64,000 bases of DNA from Convolutriloba macropyga (taxonomy: Eukaryota): positions 66,278,001 to 66,342,000 of the forward strand of contig NC_134473.1 in NCBI RefSeq assembly GCF_964194025.1, given 5' to 3'. Below the pieces are notes generated by a model that did no database searches, was not told the DNA's origin, and was given only the letters and a program-made list of their open reading frames with translations. The stretch's first letter is position 1. Every line of letters begins with the position of its first letter. Positions 1-13,769 of the stretch are shown in pieces. Made by a program: the position numbers and the translations under genes.

Positions 1-503
1 GTCCTGCTATGTTTTTTTACTTCGTCGAACTTTTTTTCGCTTTACCATTTTGCCGCTTTTTCGACATTTTGCGTGAAATCTTTTTGACTTCTCTAGGCTA
101 GTTTCTCTCTTCTCTCATTCTGCTAAAAGTGAATTTGAACATCAGTTGCTAAGCAAAGCAATTCAAAATGAACAGAGTCGGTATAAAAAAATTGAAGTCA
201 GAAATAGAAACCCATAAAGGGATAAACCCATAAAGCCCAATTTTAGATGCCCGCTATTTGAACGTCGTTCCTATAAGTCTTAGTTACCACCTCTAATGCT
301 TATTGGTGTTGATAGTAGCCCCTGTAGCCTCTCTTTAAGAAACAGAAGTATGTTCAACTACGAAATGCCATCAAAATAAATCGGACTTAAAAAATATTTT
401 TGTACAAAAATCTTTTTTTTTCAATATATTCTATTCGTTCAATCCCAATCATGCTTATTGGAATCAACGGCGGCTATTTTCCGGCAATCTGCCGGGTATG
501 TTT
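1..503 (+). mobile_element. 3' part of family-A non-autonomous Helentron-like element in the last ACADSB intron
   Basis: Starts with gtcctgctatgttttt (shared with 4151 and 35985); ends gcggctatttt-CCGGCAatcTGCCGG-gtatgtt (hairpin 481-495). The middle may include other insertions. Confidence 0.55.
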
Positions 504-678
504 TATTGTCGTGAATATGTATTAGAAGAAAATCTGGCCTTCTGATAAACTTGTCGCGCACTGAATCTGACATCTTCTGACTTTTGATTCTCGCAAAGTG
601 ATCTGAGGCAGAATTTTTGTTCGACAATCAGCTCTTTGTGTCCGTCTCGCATTCAGAGATAAAATTCATCTGTTTCAG

Positions 679-834
679 CTAACAAGCAAATGCATTGAGT
701 GGATGGGTGGTGTTGGAATCACACGAGATTATGCTGTCGAAAAATTTTACAGAGATGCAAAGATAGGCGCTATTTATGAGGGAACTTCAAACATTCAACT
801 CAACACAATTGCCAAATTTTTGGACAAGTGGTAG
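679..834 (+). CDS. ACADSB: Terminal coding exon of short/branched-chain acyl-CoA dehydrogenase (upstream exons outside window)
   Basis: Acceptor tgtttcag|679; translates [51 protein letters not shown], matching the ACAD C-terminal motif (CIEWMGGVG...RDAKIG.IYEG.SNIQL) typical of ACADSB. Not in the ORF track. Confidence 0.9.
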   Translation, partial: LTSKCIEWMGGVGITRDYAVEKFYRDAKIGAIYEGTSNIQLNTIAKFLDKW

Positions 835-1434
835 TTCCACGTTGATGAAGGATATGATTGAACAACTATGTGCAATAATATAATTATGAGCTATAGTAGT
901 GACAGCGAGGTGTATTGTTTTGGGAAATTCTTTTTTGAATTCTATTCATGTTTGGTCTTTCCCAATATGGCCGCCCCAATTATAGAAAATAGGAAATTAA
1001 TCCCAATTAGGATATAAACACCTTTTTTTGCGGGATGGGGTCTTTAGCTACTACCTTTAATCAGCTGGAGGCAGCTGTTATGGGAAAGTCTTCATCTTAT
1101 TGGTTATTGATGTGTGTATATGATGTACGCTCACAGTTTCATTTTTGGTTGCAGAGATTTGAGTTGCGAGTTGGTAAGGACAAAGCTCCGACAAGTTGAC
1201 AAATCGAGATTTACTTAATTTAGAATTAGTTGCAACGTTTTGCTGGAAAAGAGTTCAGGATAATTTTTATTTAACTTAAACAACTTTTGTGACAATTATT
1301 TGCCTATCGATCAATCCTAAGTAAATACTGACCACGATACATGACATGCTGATTGAAATATTTTCCTCTTCTAAAATTCACATGTAACGTGGATAAAAAT
1401 TTAAGATTATTCTTTTCCAAAGAGAGGAAGAACG

Positions 1435-1458
1435 CCGTTATCGCGCGTGAAGTCATTT

Positions 1459-1534
<76 letters not shown>

Positions 1535-1830
1535 AGCAAAGGTTTTAAGATCATTTGCGTGATTAGATTTGGTCATACGTGACTTACCTCACTCAATAAA
1601 ATGACTTTTGAACTTTAAAACTGAAGTTTAATTTGAATTAGTTTCAGGTCAAAGGAACTTATAAGTGCAGTAAAGGTCCCTAAGGCTTCTGCGGAATGAA
1701 TGCTAACAAGTTTTATTAATTATTCGCTGATTTTTTTACCTAGTTTTTTGAGCGGCGTCGATTTTTTTCAATTTAGATCTGTATCTGTTTATCTCTATTA
1801 TACTGCACGCAAGTCTATTATACTGCTACT
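1435..1830 (+). mobile_element. Partial family-A element with an expanded (CT)n
   Basis: Homologous to 4275-4590 and 36105-36435 (gtgacttacctcactcaataaaatg...atttagatctgt...tctctattata). Confidence 0.7.
1465..1533. repeat. (CT)n microsatellite
   Basis: Direct dinucleotide run. Confidence 0.95.
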
Positions 1831-1929
1831 TGTTTCTACGAGTTCCTACGAGTTTTTATAGGCGCTCAATTATGTTTTAATCAAGAGGATATTGTTTTTT
1901 TAAAATCTGAAACATGTAAATTAAAATAA

Positions 1930-3260
1930 CCACTTGGTTAATGTTACATGTTATAAATTTATTAATCAAACATTGTTATTTTCTAATTCATAACAAACTA
2001 AGGTTCGTTTTTCTTATAATAGTTTAATAAAAAATATGTTTGAACCCTGCAACCCTTCTGTCTATTGGAACTCTTTCGTGTCGTTTAAGCATTTCCGCTG
2101 TAGTTTTTTGTTTAAATTTGGTCTTCCGACGTTTCTTTTCTAATTGTAATTGGAAGTGTGTTCTATTTTCGAATAAAGTTACGAACAATTGAACCATTAC
2201 TCCATTTTGACTTACATTTTTGTTCTAAGAAAAGGTTATGGGTTCGTTTGTTTGCAATAATTGGCACGTTTTCCAAAAATCTGAAATGTATATCAGAACG
2301 ATTTCTTGTTTGTTGGAGAATATTGAAAAACCTATTTAATGACAACCGTGCTATTTGGAGCTCTGCTGGAAGAATTTTAGTCTCCAGAAGTAGATCTCTG
2401 GCAGTATCGTATTTGGTTTTCATTAAACTAACTTTTATGCCCCAGTTTATCTGTTTGTTAATTCTGTCAAAAGAGTAAGATGGTAAATTTTGAAAAAATT
2501 GCACTAAAATCTAAATGAGATAAAACTAGAGAATTAAAAAGATTTATTCTTGTTTTTAACGGTACCTCATAACGAACCAAATATAATGATCTGATTGCTG
2601 AAGCCATTTTACTGATAACCTTATTTAGTTGATTTTGGTATGTCAGTTCCCTATCAATTATTACACCTAAATATCTACATTTTTCAGATGCTTCCAATCG
2701 GTGTCCCTTGAAATCGACAGTTTCAATGATTGGCAATATTTCATTCCTGAACACCATTAACTCCGTTTTTTCCTCATTCAAGGTTAACCTGTTTTGTTTC
2801 ATAAATTGATCTGTCCTGTTTAATGTATCTTTAGCTGTTAGCTGCAAATTTGCTTCATTCTCTGCATGACATAGAATTGCTGTATCATCGGCAAACTGTA
2901 ATACATAACAATTCGTTGATTATCGCTTTACTGAAGTCGTTGACATATAGTATAAAAATTAAAGGCCCTAAGACAGTTCCCAGAGGAACACCGTGATTTA
3001 TGACAAACCAATCTGATTTTGCTATCCCATTTTTTACACACTGTTTTCTATCAAAAAGGAAGGAGTTTAATAAGATTCTTGCATTCTCTCCAATTCCATA
3101 CCTTTTTATTTTATTCAAAAAAAACATCTATAGATATTGAGTTGAAAGCCTTTGCTTAAGTCTAAAAAAAGTGTGACAACAATTTCGTTTTCGTCAACGC
3201 ATTGGTTTATTTTTTCAGTTAATGGAATGATAGTATCGAGACAGGACTTTTGCTTTTGAC
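1930..3260 (-). mobile_element. 5'-truncated, frameshifted non-LTR retrotransposon (LINE) reverse transcriptase fragment
   Basis: Minus-strand ORFs 2885-3127 (GVPLGTVLGPLIFILYVND), FADD motif at about 2880-2895, 2467-2847 (LNEEKTELMVF, YLGVIID) and 2163-2504; several frameshifts. Confidence 0.9.
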
Positions 3261-3711
3261 ATATTGCAGGACATATTGCTGCGCCTCCTTTGTGTTTTAA
3301 TTGGTATTCGCCTAATTTTAACTAAATTTTAGTTCAGAGTTTTTGCCTAATGACTATACAAAAATTCCTTTTGCCCAATCGAGTTTTCGCCTAATAATTC
3401 TACGCCCCATTCAGGCACTCTTGTGTTTTACGTTTCAAAGAACTTTTTATCGTGTCTAAAGATCTTTTCTCTCTAAAGGTTTCTGAAGCCAAATTTGTTC
3501 AGACCAAATCAGTTTTACAGCGTGCAATTGTTTAAAGTCCAAATTTAAAGTAAGTAGATTGAGAAAAGAGTGTTTGGCGACAATTTTGTTTCTCGATTTT
3601 TTTGAGAAGTTGGTTGTTTGTTTATCAGCAATGTTGGTTGTTGATGCGTAGGGAGAAGCTACTAGCTCAGTTGGCTGTTGGTAAGCTACTTTTGTTGATT
3701 GTTGATGTTTA

Positions 3712-4627
3712 TTATAGCTGCGAAGCTGTAAGCTGAGTGGAGCTATATTGTGGTGCTCTTTGTTACAATTCAAAGAATTTGAATTGTATTGGGGCGCTGT
3801 CTTTTTTTTAAGATCTGTTCACACATTTTCATGATTTTTGAAGTCAAATTGGAGTAGTGATTTTGGTCACGCCGAAACAGGAAGTGGAGCGAAAAAGCGA
3901 GTGGTTTTGCGGCGTGAAATTTTTTCGCTCTAAATTTAAAGTAGAATGAGAAAACGGTATTTGAACAAAAATTCGCTTTCTCGCTAGTGGTTTTTTGTTC
4001 ACATGCGCCAATTTTGCTTTGATTTTTTGTTTTTTCGATTTTTTTGACCGGATTTTTTTCTAAATGGTTTTCCCAATCCATTCATAGTCCTTTCTAGGTC
4101 TAGTTTTTTGTTTAGTCCATGAAAATTCTTTGAATTGTACGTCAGGACTTGTCCTGCTATGTTTTTTTTTTGTTTCGTCGTCTGACGCTCTTTTTCGTTT
4201 TACATTTGTTCACACAGCAAAGCTGAAAATGTCAAATTTTGTGAATGACTTCTTCCTCTCACTAACGGCGTTTGTGCGCGTGACGTCATTTCGGCTTCTC
4301 TTTTGCAAAAGTATTTTGCGTGGTTAGATTTTGATCACAAGTGACTTACCTCACTCAATAAAATGACTTTTGCACTTTGAAACTTAAGTTTAATTTGAAT
4401 TTGTTTAAGGTCAAAAGAACTCATGTGCAGTAAAGGTCTCTAATAAGAGGCTTCTGTGAGATGGATTTTAACAAGCTTTATTAATTTATCGCTGAATGTT
4501 GTTTACCTAGCTTTTTGAGCTGCGTCGATTTTTTTTTTCAATTTAGATCTGTGTCTGTTTCTATCTCTATTATACGGCACGCAGGTCTATTGTTTCGCAG
4601 CTTTTCCGGCAATCTACCGCTTATGTT
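3712..4627 (+). mobile_element. Full-length family-A Helentron-like (HINE) element
   Basis: 5' ttatagctgcgaa; 3' ttcgcagctttt + ccggcaatctaccg + cttatgtt; highly similar to 35413-36469. Confidence 0.8.
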
Positions 4628-4922
4628 ATTTGATTACTTAAATAACGTACATCAAATGCGTTATTTGATTTTGTTTTTCGGGTGCGAATATTTGATTTAG
4701 GAGTTTCCTAAGGATAACGCTCTGGTAAATTGAGAAATCAAATGGAACTTCAGTTTGGAATTAGTCGCAACACTTTCGTGTGATTTATTTGCGTAGCGAT
4801 CGATCTTAGCTCTTTACTAAGGACAATACTTGACTTGCAGATATTTTTATTCTAAATTCAATCTGTTACGTTTATCCTTTTCCCCATGTACATTGGACCA
4901 TTTTTTCATCGGGGTTGGGGCA

Positions 4923-4923
<1 letters not shown>

Positions 4924-4983
<60 letters not shown>
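4924..4983. repeat. (TA)n microsatellite
   Basis: Direct dinucleotide run. Confidence 0.95.
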
Positions 4984-4985
<2 letters not shown>

Positions 4986-5861
4986 TCTGAAGCTATATTT
5001 TTAAACTCGTACTGTCGCAATTTTTATGTATTCGTAAATATATTTTTATGTATTCGTAAAAATATTTTTTTATTCGTAAAAATATTTTTGTGTTCAATCC
5101 ATTGCTATTTTAAAGCTTTCATTTGCTTGACGTCATTTCTTGCATTATAAGCAATGAGAGTTTGCAAGTGGAATTGCTTGATTGAATTTTAAACTGGCTG
5201 CGGTATTGAGCTATAGTTCGCTTTCTTTGTTTTTTTTTTAGTTCAAAGGAGTTGGATGGTATTGGTGGGCCCTTTTTTCGAGATCTGTTGATTGTGGGTT
5301 GGGTAATAAGGAAGCATACTTCAACGTAATTAGTGATTTTAGTTCATAGATATTATTGGAATGACGTTCTGCCCGTCATAAATCATCTTTTTGTTTTCTT
5401 GTCAAGTAATGTCACTAATGACAAGTCTTTTCGGCTTTCTAATGGGGCGTAACTGATAGTATTTAATGGTTTCAGTTAATAGCTATTAATTTTCTTTCTA
5501 TAAAACTACTTAAAACTTCAACTGCTGAGTTTCCCTGTAATTATTGTACTTTTGTAGCTTAGCCTTGTTAACTAAAGGTTTTATCAGCTTTCTAATGGGT
5601 CACTTGTGATCATATTTAGGTGTCTGGGTTGACAGCTAATGATTTTTAGAGTTCGAATTAATCCTATAATTTTTTTTAGTTTTAACCCGTTATTTTTGTT
5701 CGTTTTATGCCGTTGCATAAGCTCTGTTATGAAAGGTCTTACAGACTTTCTGATGAAATAATATTGATTTAGTGTAGGTGTTTTCATATGATTGCTGGTG
5801 GCATTTTCGCCTTGGACACTAAAAAATTTTTTATAAAGGTTTAATTGAAGTTTTTATTAAA

Positions 5862-8800
5862 TGGTTTGTGATTGTTTGAGTTTTGGGCATATTTCTTGTT
5901 CTTTCGATGTTCTGTTGCTTAGGCATAATAGTTTAAGGTCTCTTCGAGTTTTTAAAGAAAGTGTAATTTAATTTTAGTTTTAGTATATGGCTACTAATTT
6001 TGTCACCCTGACTTTGTTTTCATAAATTTGAATTGAGGTTTAACCATATTTGCCGTTTCAACCGTAAAATATATTAGCTTTAATGATTTGTCTGTCACTA
6101 AATGTCGTTTATCAGAGGTTTCTCGGCTTTCTCGTCGCTGGATTGTTTTAATGACAGATTTCATCTTATAAAGCTTCTTGATTATGTAAAATTAAATGTG
6201 CCAATGGTTAATTGTGTTATTTCATAATTAATTTATTGGTTTCAGTTAAAAACGAGGAGCTTTGTTGAGGTTGAAATTACTTGTTTTCCTAAAATATTAA
6301 TGATGTTTTCCCATTTGTGCTGTTTTCGTCGTTTTGCTCAGTCTTATTGAACAGAGGTCTCATTAGTTATGTGCACATAATGTTTACTGTTTTTAATTTT
6401 TTGGTACATCTTTTAATGACTAGGACACACTTTGTTTTTTATCCTGCCGTTTTGGCTTCTTTGCCTCTCTTGAAAGCTGATTTATTCATTTTGTGAATGT
6501 TGTTATCAGATTTGCAATACTGGTCGTCTAAAAGACGAGGATTGATAATGGTTTTTTAAGAGTTTTGTTCGTTTTCCATCATGTACGGTTATATGCTTTG
6601 ATAACCATCAAAAGTTGTTCATGACATGTGATTCTTTTGCTTGATCCAATTTGCTTGATCAAGTTTGCTTGATTCAAGTTTTGCTTGATTCAAATTTTGC
6701 TTGATTCCTTTCGTTAATGTCTTTCCTCCTTTCCAAAAGACTTTTCCTTACTTAATTCGTGCATACAAGCAGTATGTCACTCAAATTGAAGATTTTTTTG
6801 ATAGCAGCTAATAGAAACATCAATAAGTTACACAGATTCATTTTCAAAATATAACATCCAAAAATAGGAAGAGAAATTTTGTATTTTTGCGGTCTGTTCA
6901 TCTTTTTGAGACTGAAGGTCTACTGAGCTCTATGAGCTATTGCATCTATTTTCTGTCAATCTCTCCACGATATTTATTATTGATCTCCTCCACTCTAATA
7001 CAATGTGATCATTACTATTAAAAGGACACTTGGGGTTCTTGCTGTAATTTTCAGCCCAAAAAAATGACTCATATTAATGGTTTTCAGAGTCCTTTGATTG
7101 TTTTTTAGGGATCTAAATTTTTGTTCAGTCAATGGATATTTAATTGTAGTTCAGGTACTGTCCTGTTATGTTCTGTTTTGTCATCTGACGCTTTTTTTGT
7201 ATTTCACGCGGCAAACCTCTAAGATCCTAATCATTCAGTCTTTTTGTGACGTTTTTTTGGCTGCTTTTAATGGGTGTGGTGTGACTTTTTGTAGCGGAAA
7301 ATAGCAAAAATTTTTAATTGATTTCCTTGACGAGTTTTTCATTAATAACTTTGCTCACTCACTTTCAACGCCAATAAAAAAGTGCATTAAGGTTTTCTAA
7401 ACCTTTCATAAATCAAAACAGTTCTCCCTTATTATAAATGCATCGCGAAGTTTCGTTGTGTTAAAATGTTTTAAATAATTGGTTTGTGATTGTTTGATTT
7501 TTGGGCATATTTCTTGTTCTTTTGATGTTCTGTTGCTTAGGCGTAATAGTTTAAGGTCTCTTTGAGTTTTTAAACAAAGCGTAATTTAATTTTAGTTTTA
7601 GTTTATGGCTACTGATTTTGTCACCTTGACTTTGTTTTCATAAATTTGAATTGAGGTTTAACCATATTTGCCGTTTCAACCGTAAAATATATTAGCTTTA
7701 ATGATTTGTCTGTCACTAAATGTCGTTTATCAGAGGTTTCTCGATTTTCTCGTCGCTGGATTGTTTTAATGACAGAGTTCATCTTATAAAGCTTCTTGAT
7801 TATGTAAAATTAAATGTGCCAATGGTTAATTGTGTTATTTCATAATTAATTTATTGGTTTCAGTTAAAAACGAGGAGCTTTGTTGAGGTTGAAATTACTT
7901 GTTTTCCTAAAATATTAATGATTTTTTCCCATTTGTGCTGTTTTCGTCGTTTTGCTCAGTCTTATTGAACAGAGGTCTCATTAGTTATGTGCACATAATG
8001 TTTACTGTTTTTAATTTTTTGGTACATCTTTTAATGACTAGGACACACTTTGTTTTTCGTTGTTTTTTATCCTGCCATTTTGCCTTCTTTGCCTCTCTTG
8101 AAAGCTGGTTTATTCATTTTGTGAATATTGTTATCTGATTTGCAATACTGGTCGTCTAAAAGACGAGGATTGATAATGGTTTTTTAAGAGTTTTGTTCGT
8201 TTTCCATCATGTACGGTTATATGCTTTGATAACCATCAAAAGTTGTTTATGACATGTTATTCTTTTGCTTGATCCAATTTGCTTGATCCTGTTTGTGATT
8301 CAAGTTTTGCTTGATTCAAAATTTGCTTGATTCCTTTCATTCATGTCTTTCCTCCTTTCCAAAAGACTTTTCCTTGCTTAATTCGAGCATACAAGGAGTA
8401 TGTCACTCAAATTGAAGGTTTTTTGATAGCAGCTAATAGAGACATCAGTAAATTACAGAGATTCATTTTCAAAATATGACATACAATAAAAGGAAGAGAA
8501 ATTTTGTATTTTTGCGGTCTGTTCATCTTTTTAGACTGAAGGTCTACTGAGCTCTGAGCTATTGCATCTATTTTCTGTCAATCTCTCCATGATGTGTATT
8601 ATTGACTTCCTCCACTCTAATACAATGTGATCATTACTATTAAAAGGACACTTGAGGTTCTTGCTGTAGTTTTCAGCCCAAAAAATTGACTCATATTATG
8701 AAGGCTGTTGATACTAAAGAATCAATATAAAAGATATTTTGTTTAAACAAAATTCTTTTTCTCATTGTTGATTTTTGTCTGTTTTTTAAATGGTTTTCAG

Positions 8801-11800
8801 AGTCCTTTGATTGTTTTTTAGGGAGCTAAATTTTTGTTCAGTCAATGAATATTTAGTTGTAGTTCAGGTACTGTCCTGTTATGTTCTTTTTGTCATCTGA
8901 CGCTTTTTTTGTATGTCACGCGGCAAACCTCTAAGATCCTAATCATTCAGTCTTTTTGTGACGTTTTTTTGTCTGCTTTTAATGGGTGTGACTTTTTTGT
9001 AGCGGAAAATAGCAAAAATTTTTAATTGATTTCCTTGATGAATTTTTCATTAATAACTTTGCTCACTCACTTTCAACGCCAATAATAAAGTGCATTAAGG
9101 TTTTCTAAACCTTTCACAAGTCAAAAGAGTTCTCCCTTATTATAAATGCATCGCGAAGTTTCGATGTGTTAAAATGTTTTTAATAATTGGTTTGTGATTG
9201 TTTGATTTTTGGGCATATTTCATTTTCTTTTGATGTTCTGTTGCTTAGGCGTAATAGTTTAAGGTCTCTTTGAGTTTTTAAACAAAGCGTAATTTAATTT
9301 TAGTTTTAGTTTATGGCTACTGATTTTGTCACCTTGACTTTGTTTTCATAAATTTGAATTGTGGTTTAACCATATTTGCCGTTTCAACCGTAAAATATAT
9401 TAGCTTTAATGATTTGTCTGTCACTAAATGTCGTTTATCAGAGGTTTCTCGGCTTTCTCGTCGCTGGATTGTTTTAATGACAGATTTCATCTTATAAAGC
9501 TTCTTGATTATGTAAAATTAAATGTGCCAATGGTTAATTGTGTTATTTCATAATTAATTTATTGGTTTCAGTTAAAAACGAGGAGCTTTGTTGAGGTTGA
9601 AATTTTTTGTTTTCCTAAAATATTAATGATTTTTTCCCATTTGTGCTGTTTTCGTCGTTTTGCTCAGTCTTATTGAACAGAGGTCTCATTAGTTATGTGC
9701 ACATAATGTTTACTGTTTTTAATTTTTTGGTACATCTTTTAATGACTAGGACACACTTTGTTTTTCGATGTTTTTTATCCTGCCATTTTGCCTTCTTTGC
9801 CTCTCTTGAAAGCTGGTTTATTCATTTTGTGAATATTGTTATCAGATTTGCAATACTGGTCGTCTAAAAGACGAGGATTGATAATGGTTTAAGAGTTTTG
9901 TTCGTTTTCCATCATGTACGGTTATATGCTTTGATAACCATCAAAAATTGTTCATGACATGTGATTCTTTTGCTTGATCCAATTTGCTTGATCCAGTTTG
10001 CTTGAATCAAGTTTTGTTTGATTCAAATTTTGCTTGATTCCTTTCGTTCATGTCGTTCCTCCTTTCCAAAAGACTTTTCCTTTTTTAATTCGAGCATACA
10101 AGGAGTATGTCACTCAAATTGAAGATTTTTTTGATTGCAGCTAATAGAAACATCAATAAATTACACAGATTCATTTTCAAAATATGACATACAATAAAAG
10201 GAAGAGAAATTTTGTAATTTTGCGGTCTGTTCATATTTTTAGACTGAAGGTCTACTGAGCTCTGAGCTATTGCATCTATTTTCTGTCAATCTCTCCATGA
10301 TGTGTATTATTGACTTCCTCCACTCTAATACAATGTGATCATTACTATTAAAAGGACACTTGAGGTTCTTGCTGTAATTTTCAGCCCAAAAAATTGACTC
10401 ATATTATGAAGGCTGTTGATACTAAAGAATCAATATAAAAAATATTTTGTTTAAACAAAATTCTTTTTCTCATTGTTGATTTTTGTCTGTTTTTTAAATG
10501 GTTTTCAGAGTCCTTTGATTGTTTTTTAGGGAACTAAATTTTTGTCCAGTCAATGAATGTTTAGTTGTAGTTCAGGTACTGTCCTGTTATGTTTTTTTGT
10601 CATCTGACGCTTTTTTTGTATTTCACGCGGCAAACCTCTAAGATCCTAATCATTCAGTCTTTTTGTGACGTTTTTTTGGCTGCTTTCAATGGGTGTGACT
10701 TTTTTGTAGCGGAAAATAGCAAAAATTTTTAACTGATTTCCTTGATGAGTTTTTCATTAATAACTTTGCTCACTCACTTTCAACGCCAATAATAAAGTGC
10801 ATTAAGGTTTTCTAAGCCTTTCACAAGTCAAAAGAGTTCTCCCTTATTATAAATGCATCGCGAAGTTTCGATGTGTTAAAATGTTTTTAATAATTGGTTT
10901 GTGATTGTTTGATTTTTGGGCATATTTCATTTTCTTTTGATGTTCTGTTGCTTAGGCGTAATAGTTTAACGTCTCTTTGAGTTTTTAAACAAAGCGTAAT
11001 TTAATTTTAGTTTTAGTTTATGGCTACTGATTTTGTCACCTAGACTCTTTGTTTTCATAAGTTTGAATTGAGCTTTAACCATATTTGCCGTTTTAACCGT
11101 AAAATATATTAGCTTTAATGATTTGTCTGTCACTAAATGTCGTTTATCAGAGGTTTCTCGGCTTTCTCGTCGCTGGATTGTTTTATGACAGATTTCATCT
11201 TATAAAGCTTCTTGATTATGTAAAATTAAATGTGCCAATGGTTAATTGTGTTATTTCATAATATAGTGGTTTCAGTTAAAAACGAGCAGCTTTGTTGACG
11301 TTGAAATTACTTGTTTTTCACAAAATATTAATGATTTTTTCCCATGTGTGCTGTTTTCGTCGTTTTGCTCAGTCTTATTGAACAGAGGTGTCATTAGTTA
11401 TGTGCGCATAATGGTTACTGTTTTTAATTTTTTGTACATCTTTTAATGACTAGGACACCACTTTGTTTTTCGTTGTTTTTTATCCTGCCATTTTGCCTTC
11501 TTTGGCTCTCTTGAAAGCTGGTTTATTCATTTTGTGAATGTTTTTATCAGATTTACAATACTGGTCGTCTAAAAGACGAGGATTGATTTTAGTTTTTTAA
11601 GAGTTTTGATCGTTATCCATCATGTACAGTTATATGCGTTGATAACCATCAAAAGTTGTTCATGACATGTTATTCTTTTTCTTGATCCAATTTGCTTGAT
11701 CCTGTTTGTGATTCAAGTTTTGCTTGATTCAAAATTTGCTTGATTCCTTTCATTCATGTCTTTCCTCCTTTCCAAAAGACTTTTCCTTGCTTAATTCGAG

Positions 11801-12590
11801 CATACAAGGAGTATGTCACTCAAATTGAAGGTTTTTTGATAGCAGCTAATAGAGACATCAGTAAGTTACACAGATTCATTTTCAAAATATAACATCCAAT
11901 AAAAGGAAGAGAAATTTTGTATTTTTTCGGTCTGTTCATCTTTTTGAGACTGAACGTCTACTGAGCTCTGAGCTACTGCATCTATTTTCTTTCAATCTCT
12001 CTCTCCAAGATGTTTATTATTGACTTCCTCCACTCTAATACAATGTGATCATTACTATTAAAAGGACACTTGAGGTTCTTGCTGTAATTTTCAGCCCAAA
12101 AAATTGACTCATATTATGAAGGCTGTTGATACTAAAGAATCAATATAAAAGATATTTTGTTTAAACAAAATTCTTTTTCTCATTGTTGATTTTTGTCTGT
12201 TTTTTAAATGGTTTTCAGAGTCCTTTGATTGTTTTTTAGGGAACTAAATTTTTGTTCAGTCAATGGATATTTAATTGTAGCTCAGGTACTGTCCTGTTAT
12301 GTTTTTTTTTGTCGTCTGACGTTTTTTTTGTATTTCACGCGGCAAACCTCCAAGAGCCTAATCATTCAATCTTTTTGTACCGTTTTTTGGCTACTTTTAA
12401 TAAGTGTGACTTTTTGTTGCGGAAAATAGCAAATATTTTTAATTGATTTCCTTGATGAATTTTTCATTATTGACTTTGCTCACTCACTTTCAATGCCAAT
12501 AATAAAGTGCATTAAGTTTTTCTAAACCTTTCACAAGTCAAAAGATTTCTCCTTTATTATAAATGCATCGCGAAGTTTCGATGTGTTAGA
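5862..12590 (+). repeat. Tandem array of four ~1.7 kb units
   Basis: Units start at tggtttgtgattgtttga at 5862, 7480, 9188 and 10895; unit 1 lacks ~90 bp; each has an internal (tttgcttgat...)x5 minirepeat. Confidence 0.95.
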
Positions 12591-13769
12591 AAGTGATAAG
12601 CACCTAAGCGTTTTGTATATTCACTGCTTGGTGGTCTATGTTAAGCTATTGTCTCCATTTGACTCTCTTAAAGCCGAGAAAAGTTTCCATTAGTATACAA
12701 CTAAGTGCGGGTACATATTGTTTTGAAATAAATCTTAATTCAGATTTTTAACCTGAACAATATTTTTCAGATCGAGTATTTTCTGGCAGGTAACCTTGAA
12801 ATGCATTAATAATTTTTTTTGATATTTTAATCATTTAACTTTGTTAATATGTCCTATAAACGGAATAGAGTGTGTCTTCATTCGTGAGTTTGAATAATAA
12901 ATACAAGAGTTGGCCAAATGTTTAATTACCCTTAAACAAAATTTTCTGGAAATTATCTTAGTCATGCTGGATTTTTTACACTCAAATTTTAATTTTTTTA
13001 CGTAGAAGTTAAGGTTCCTTCGGGGTTTATTCTATTGAGCATGAAACCTTGGTTTATTTGAGCACAAATCTGGGCAAAAGCTTTTCTTTCATCTTTTTGA
13101 TGGTTTTTCGCTCTCGCAAAAAGTATTATTCAGTGGCAAAATATAATGTGAGCGGATCTTTTTTTGACTATAGACGGAATTTTAGAACCATGTTTTAAGT
13201 TTTCTAGATGGGTTATATTTTTACTCTTGGTATCGTTGTTTTTTATAATAACTCGCTCATTGTACTTTTTGAAGGTTACCACTGTAAAGAGGTATTGTGC
13301 TTTAATACGGCCTCCTTGATTGAAAACGAGGTACTATAATGCGTTCGAATTGAGTTAGAGATGAGTTAGAATGGCGGAATAGAGATGTCTTATAGTGCAT
13401 TTGAATTTGCTTCGTGCACTTTTTTGTGCAACGTTTTATGAACATTTTCAACTGGGAAAAGCTGTTGACTCATTAATAATGCAAAATTATTGCCTTATTT
13501 TGTTTGTGTTGAAATTAAACAAAAATTGTTAGATACGGTTTAGCATTATGGCACTGAACAGGTGAATGTACAGTTTTCTACAGTATTTAGAATTTTTCAC
13601 CTTTTAGCATTTACGTAATATGATTTTCCGTCAGCTTCGCACAGAAAGAATCTTTTCTTGGTGAAAAAAAAAATTGTAAATAGTTGATGATAAATTTACT
13701 GCTGTGACCTGGAACTGTATTGGATTGTGGTTCGGACTTCAGATTTTGGTTTTGTGAGTTGTTGCAACT

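Noticed and set aside
7098-12446. Repeated short Phe/Leu-rich ORFs in the tandem array
   Set aside because: Products of T-rich composition; frames are broken by indels in other units.
5862-12590. CRISPR-like repeat-spacer array
   Set aside because: Eukaryotic context, kb-scale near-identical units, no unique spacers and no cas genes.
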